Positions 62,980 to 64,000 of a stretch of 64,000 bases of DNA are shown here, in pieces. Source of the stretch: Cetorhinus maximus (lineage: Eukaryota); NCBI RefSeq assembly GCF_964194155.1, contig NC_135883.1, positions 53,196,001 to 53,260,000 of the forward strand. The letters are read 5' to 3'. The position numbers and the translations under genes were made by a program. How positions within the stretch are numbered: position 1 is the stretch's first letter; the number at the start of each line of letters is the position of its first letter. The notes below the pieces were generated by a model that did not search any database, was not told the DNA's origin, and saw only the letters and a list, made by a program, of their open reading frames with translations.

Positions 62980-64000
62980 TGGGCCTGTTTGGAGGCCAAA
63001 ATGGCATCTGATATGCATGTGCACACTTCTGCTGCAAGTCACACTGAACATCATCTTGGTGAAGGCCTGAGCATGCTGACAGCTAACATATACTGGAAGT
63101 ACCACAGAGTGGGTGGATTAAAACATCAATTAGCGTACAATACTGTTTTGACACAGTGGTGTCATTTTGGAGATCAACATTCCAGCTGACACAGAGATAT
63201 AAACAAAAAGCTAAAAGCTTTTCTGCCGAAGGGTCATGAAGACTCGAAACGTTAACTGATTTCTTCTCCACCGATGCTGCCAGACCTGCTGAGTTTTTCC
63301 AGGTAATTCTGTTTTTATTCCAGCTGACACCCTGTTTTAACCACACACCACATAAATGCACATTAAGCAGCAGAAAGGACCCACCACCAGTGCTATTTAA
63401 AGGGACCATCAACTATTTACAGGTTAATTGCTAGTTGATTTCTTCTGGATGTTACTTTGATTCTACAAGTGTTTGGTCCTTTCCATTTGTTTGGCTCTTT
63501 CAAGTTGCCTAAGTCTACAGCGAGTGGTGTGGCAGGTACTGAAGGAATGCTGCATACTGTACAATCTCAGCACCATGAGGGAGAAAGCATGCCATCTGAG
63601 CAGCTGAGGAGCAGCAACAGGATGAAGCAGTAGATGAGGAAAAGGAAGGGAGGAGTCAACCTCTAAAGCTCATAATGCTGACACAATTAAAGCAGAAACA
63701 GAAACAATTCCCCCACAGCCCCACACCTCATCTCCTATCTGTCACTGACCATCATAGCACTTGCTTGGCCACAATGCCAAAATAAAAACCAACACAAAAT
63801 AAATGTTCCAATCCAAATGCATAAATTAAGTAAGTTTGGCCTTACATGACAGTGAACTTCCACTGCAGCACTCAGGTGTTGGGTGGCTGCTGCTTGTGCT
63901 GCATTGGAAGTTGTGACATTGCCACCAGACACTGCATGGTCCACAAGCAGGTGAATGGACTTGGCCACCACTTTCATTCTAGAAAGGATAGGCTCCAAGC
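62980..64000. mobile_element. Old Harbinger remnant, same family as 38290-42250, running off the window
   Basis: Shared subterminal text (aaaatggcatc..., cattttggagatcaa..ttccagct, tatttaaaggga.catcaa..ttacaggtt). Minus-strand Myb last-exon remnant QAAATQHLSAAVE matches QAAATQYLSAAME at ~39700. Confidence 0.65.
63193..63316 (+). mobile_element. Penelope-type short element with hammerhead-like motif, 14-bp TSD
   Basis: CTGCCGA-A-GGGTC-atgaa-GACTC-GAAAC-GTT-AACTG. TSD attccagctgacac at 63179-63192 and 63317-63330. Confidence 0.85.

Overview
Vertebrate nuclear DNA, most likely from a shark or other chondrichthyan (inferred from the CR1, V-SINE and Penelope-tail repeats and a 44-bp minisatellite). 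The window is essentially one ~59-kb phase-0 intron of gamma-2-syntrophin (SNTG2, minus strand). Two consecutive canonical exons flank it: 61053-60962 (GSPGPSSDHSSGTSSPLFDSGLHLNGNSTNT) and 2052-1925 (APSSPSSP...EKRWLDTLSVPLSMARVSRYRAGADQLR). A frame-preserving 171-nt candidate cassette exon lies at 59941-59771. The intron is filled with nested, decayed mobile elements. These include at least eight PIF/Harbinger transposon remnants of different ages (two-gene transposase plus Myb/SANT copies, Myb-only derivatives) and several MITEs, many CR1 and other LINE fragments, two Gypsy-like LTR families with solo LTRs, and SINEs. There are also six short Penelope-type insertions, five showing a recognisable minimal hammerhead-ribozyme motif and three flanked by exact 14-bp target-site duplications. 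No intact autonomous element is present, and most ORF-track entries are transposon fragments or noise. Boundaries of old repeats are approximate, and family names come from motif recognition rather than database searches.
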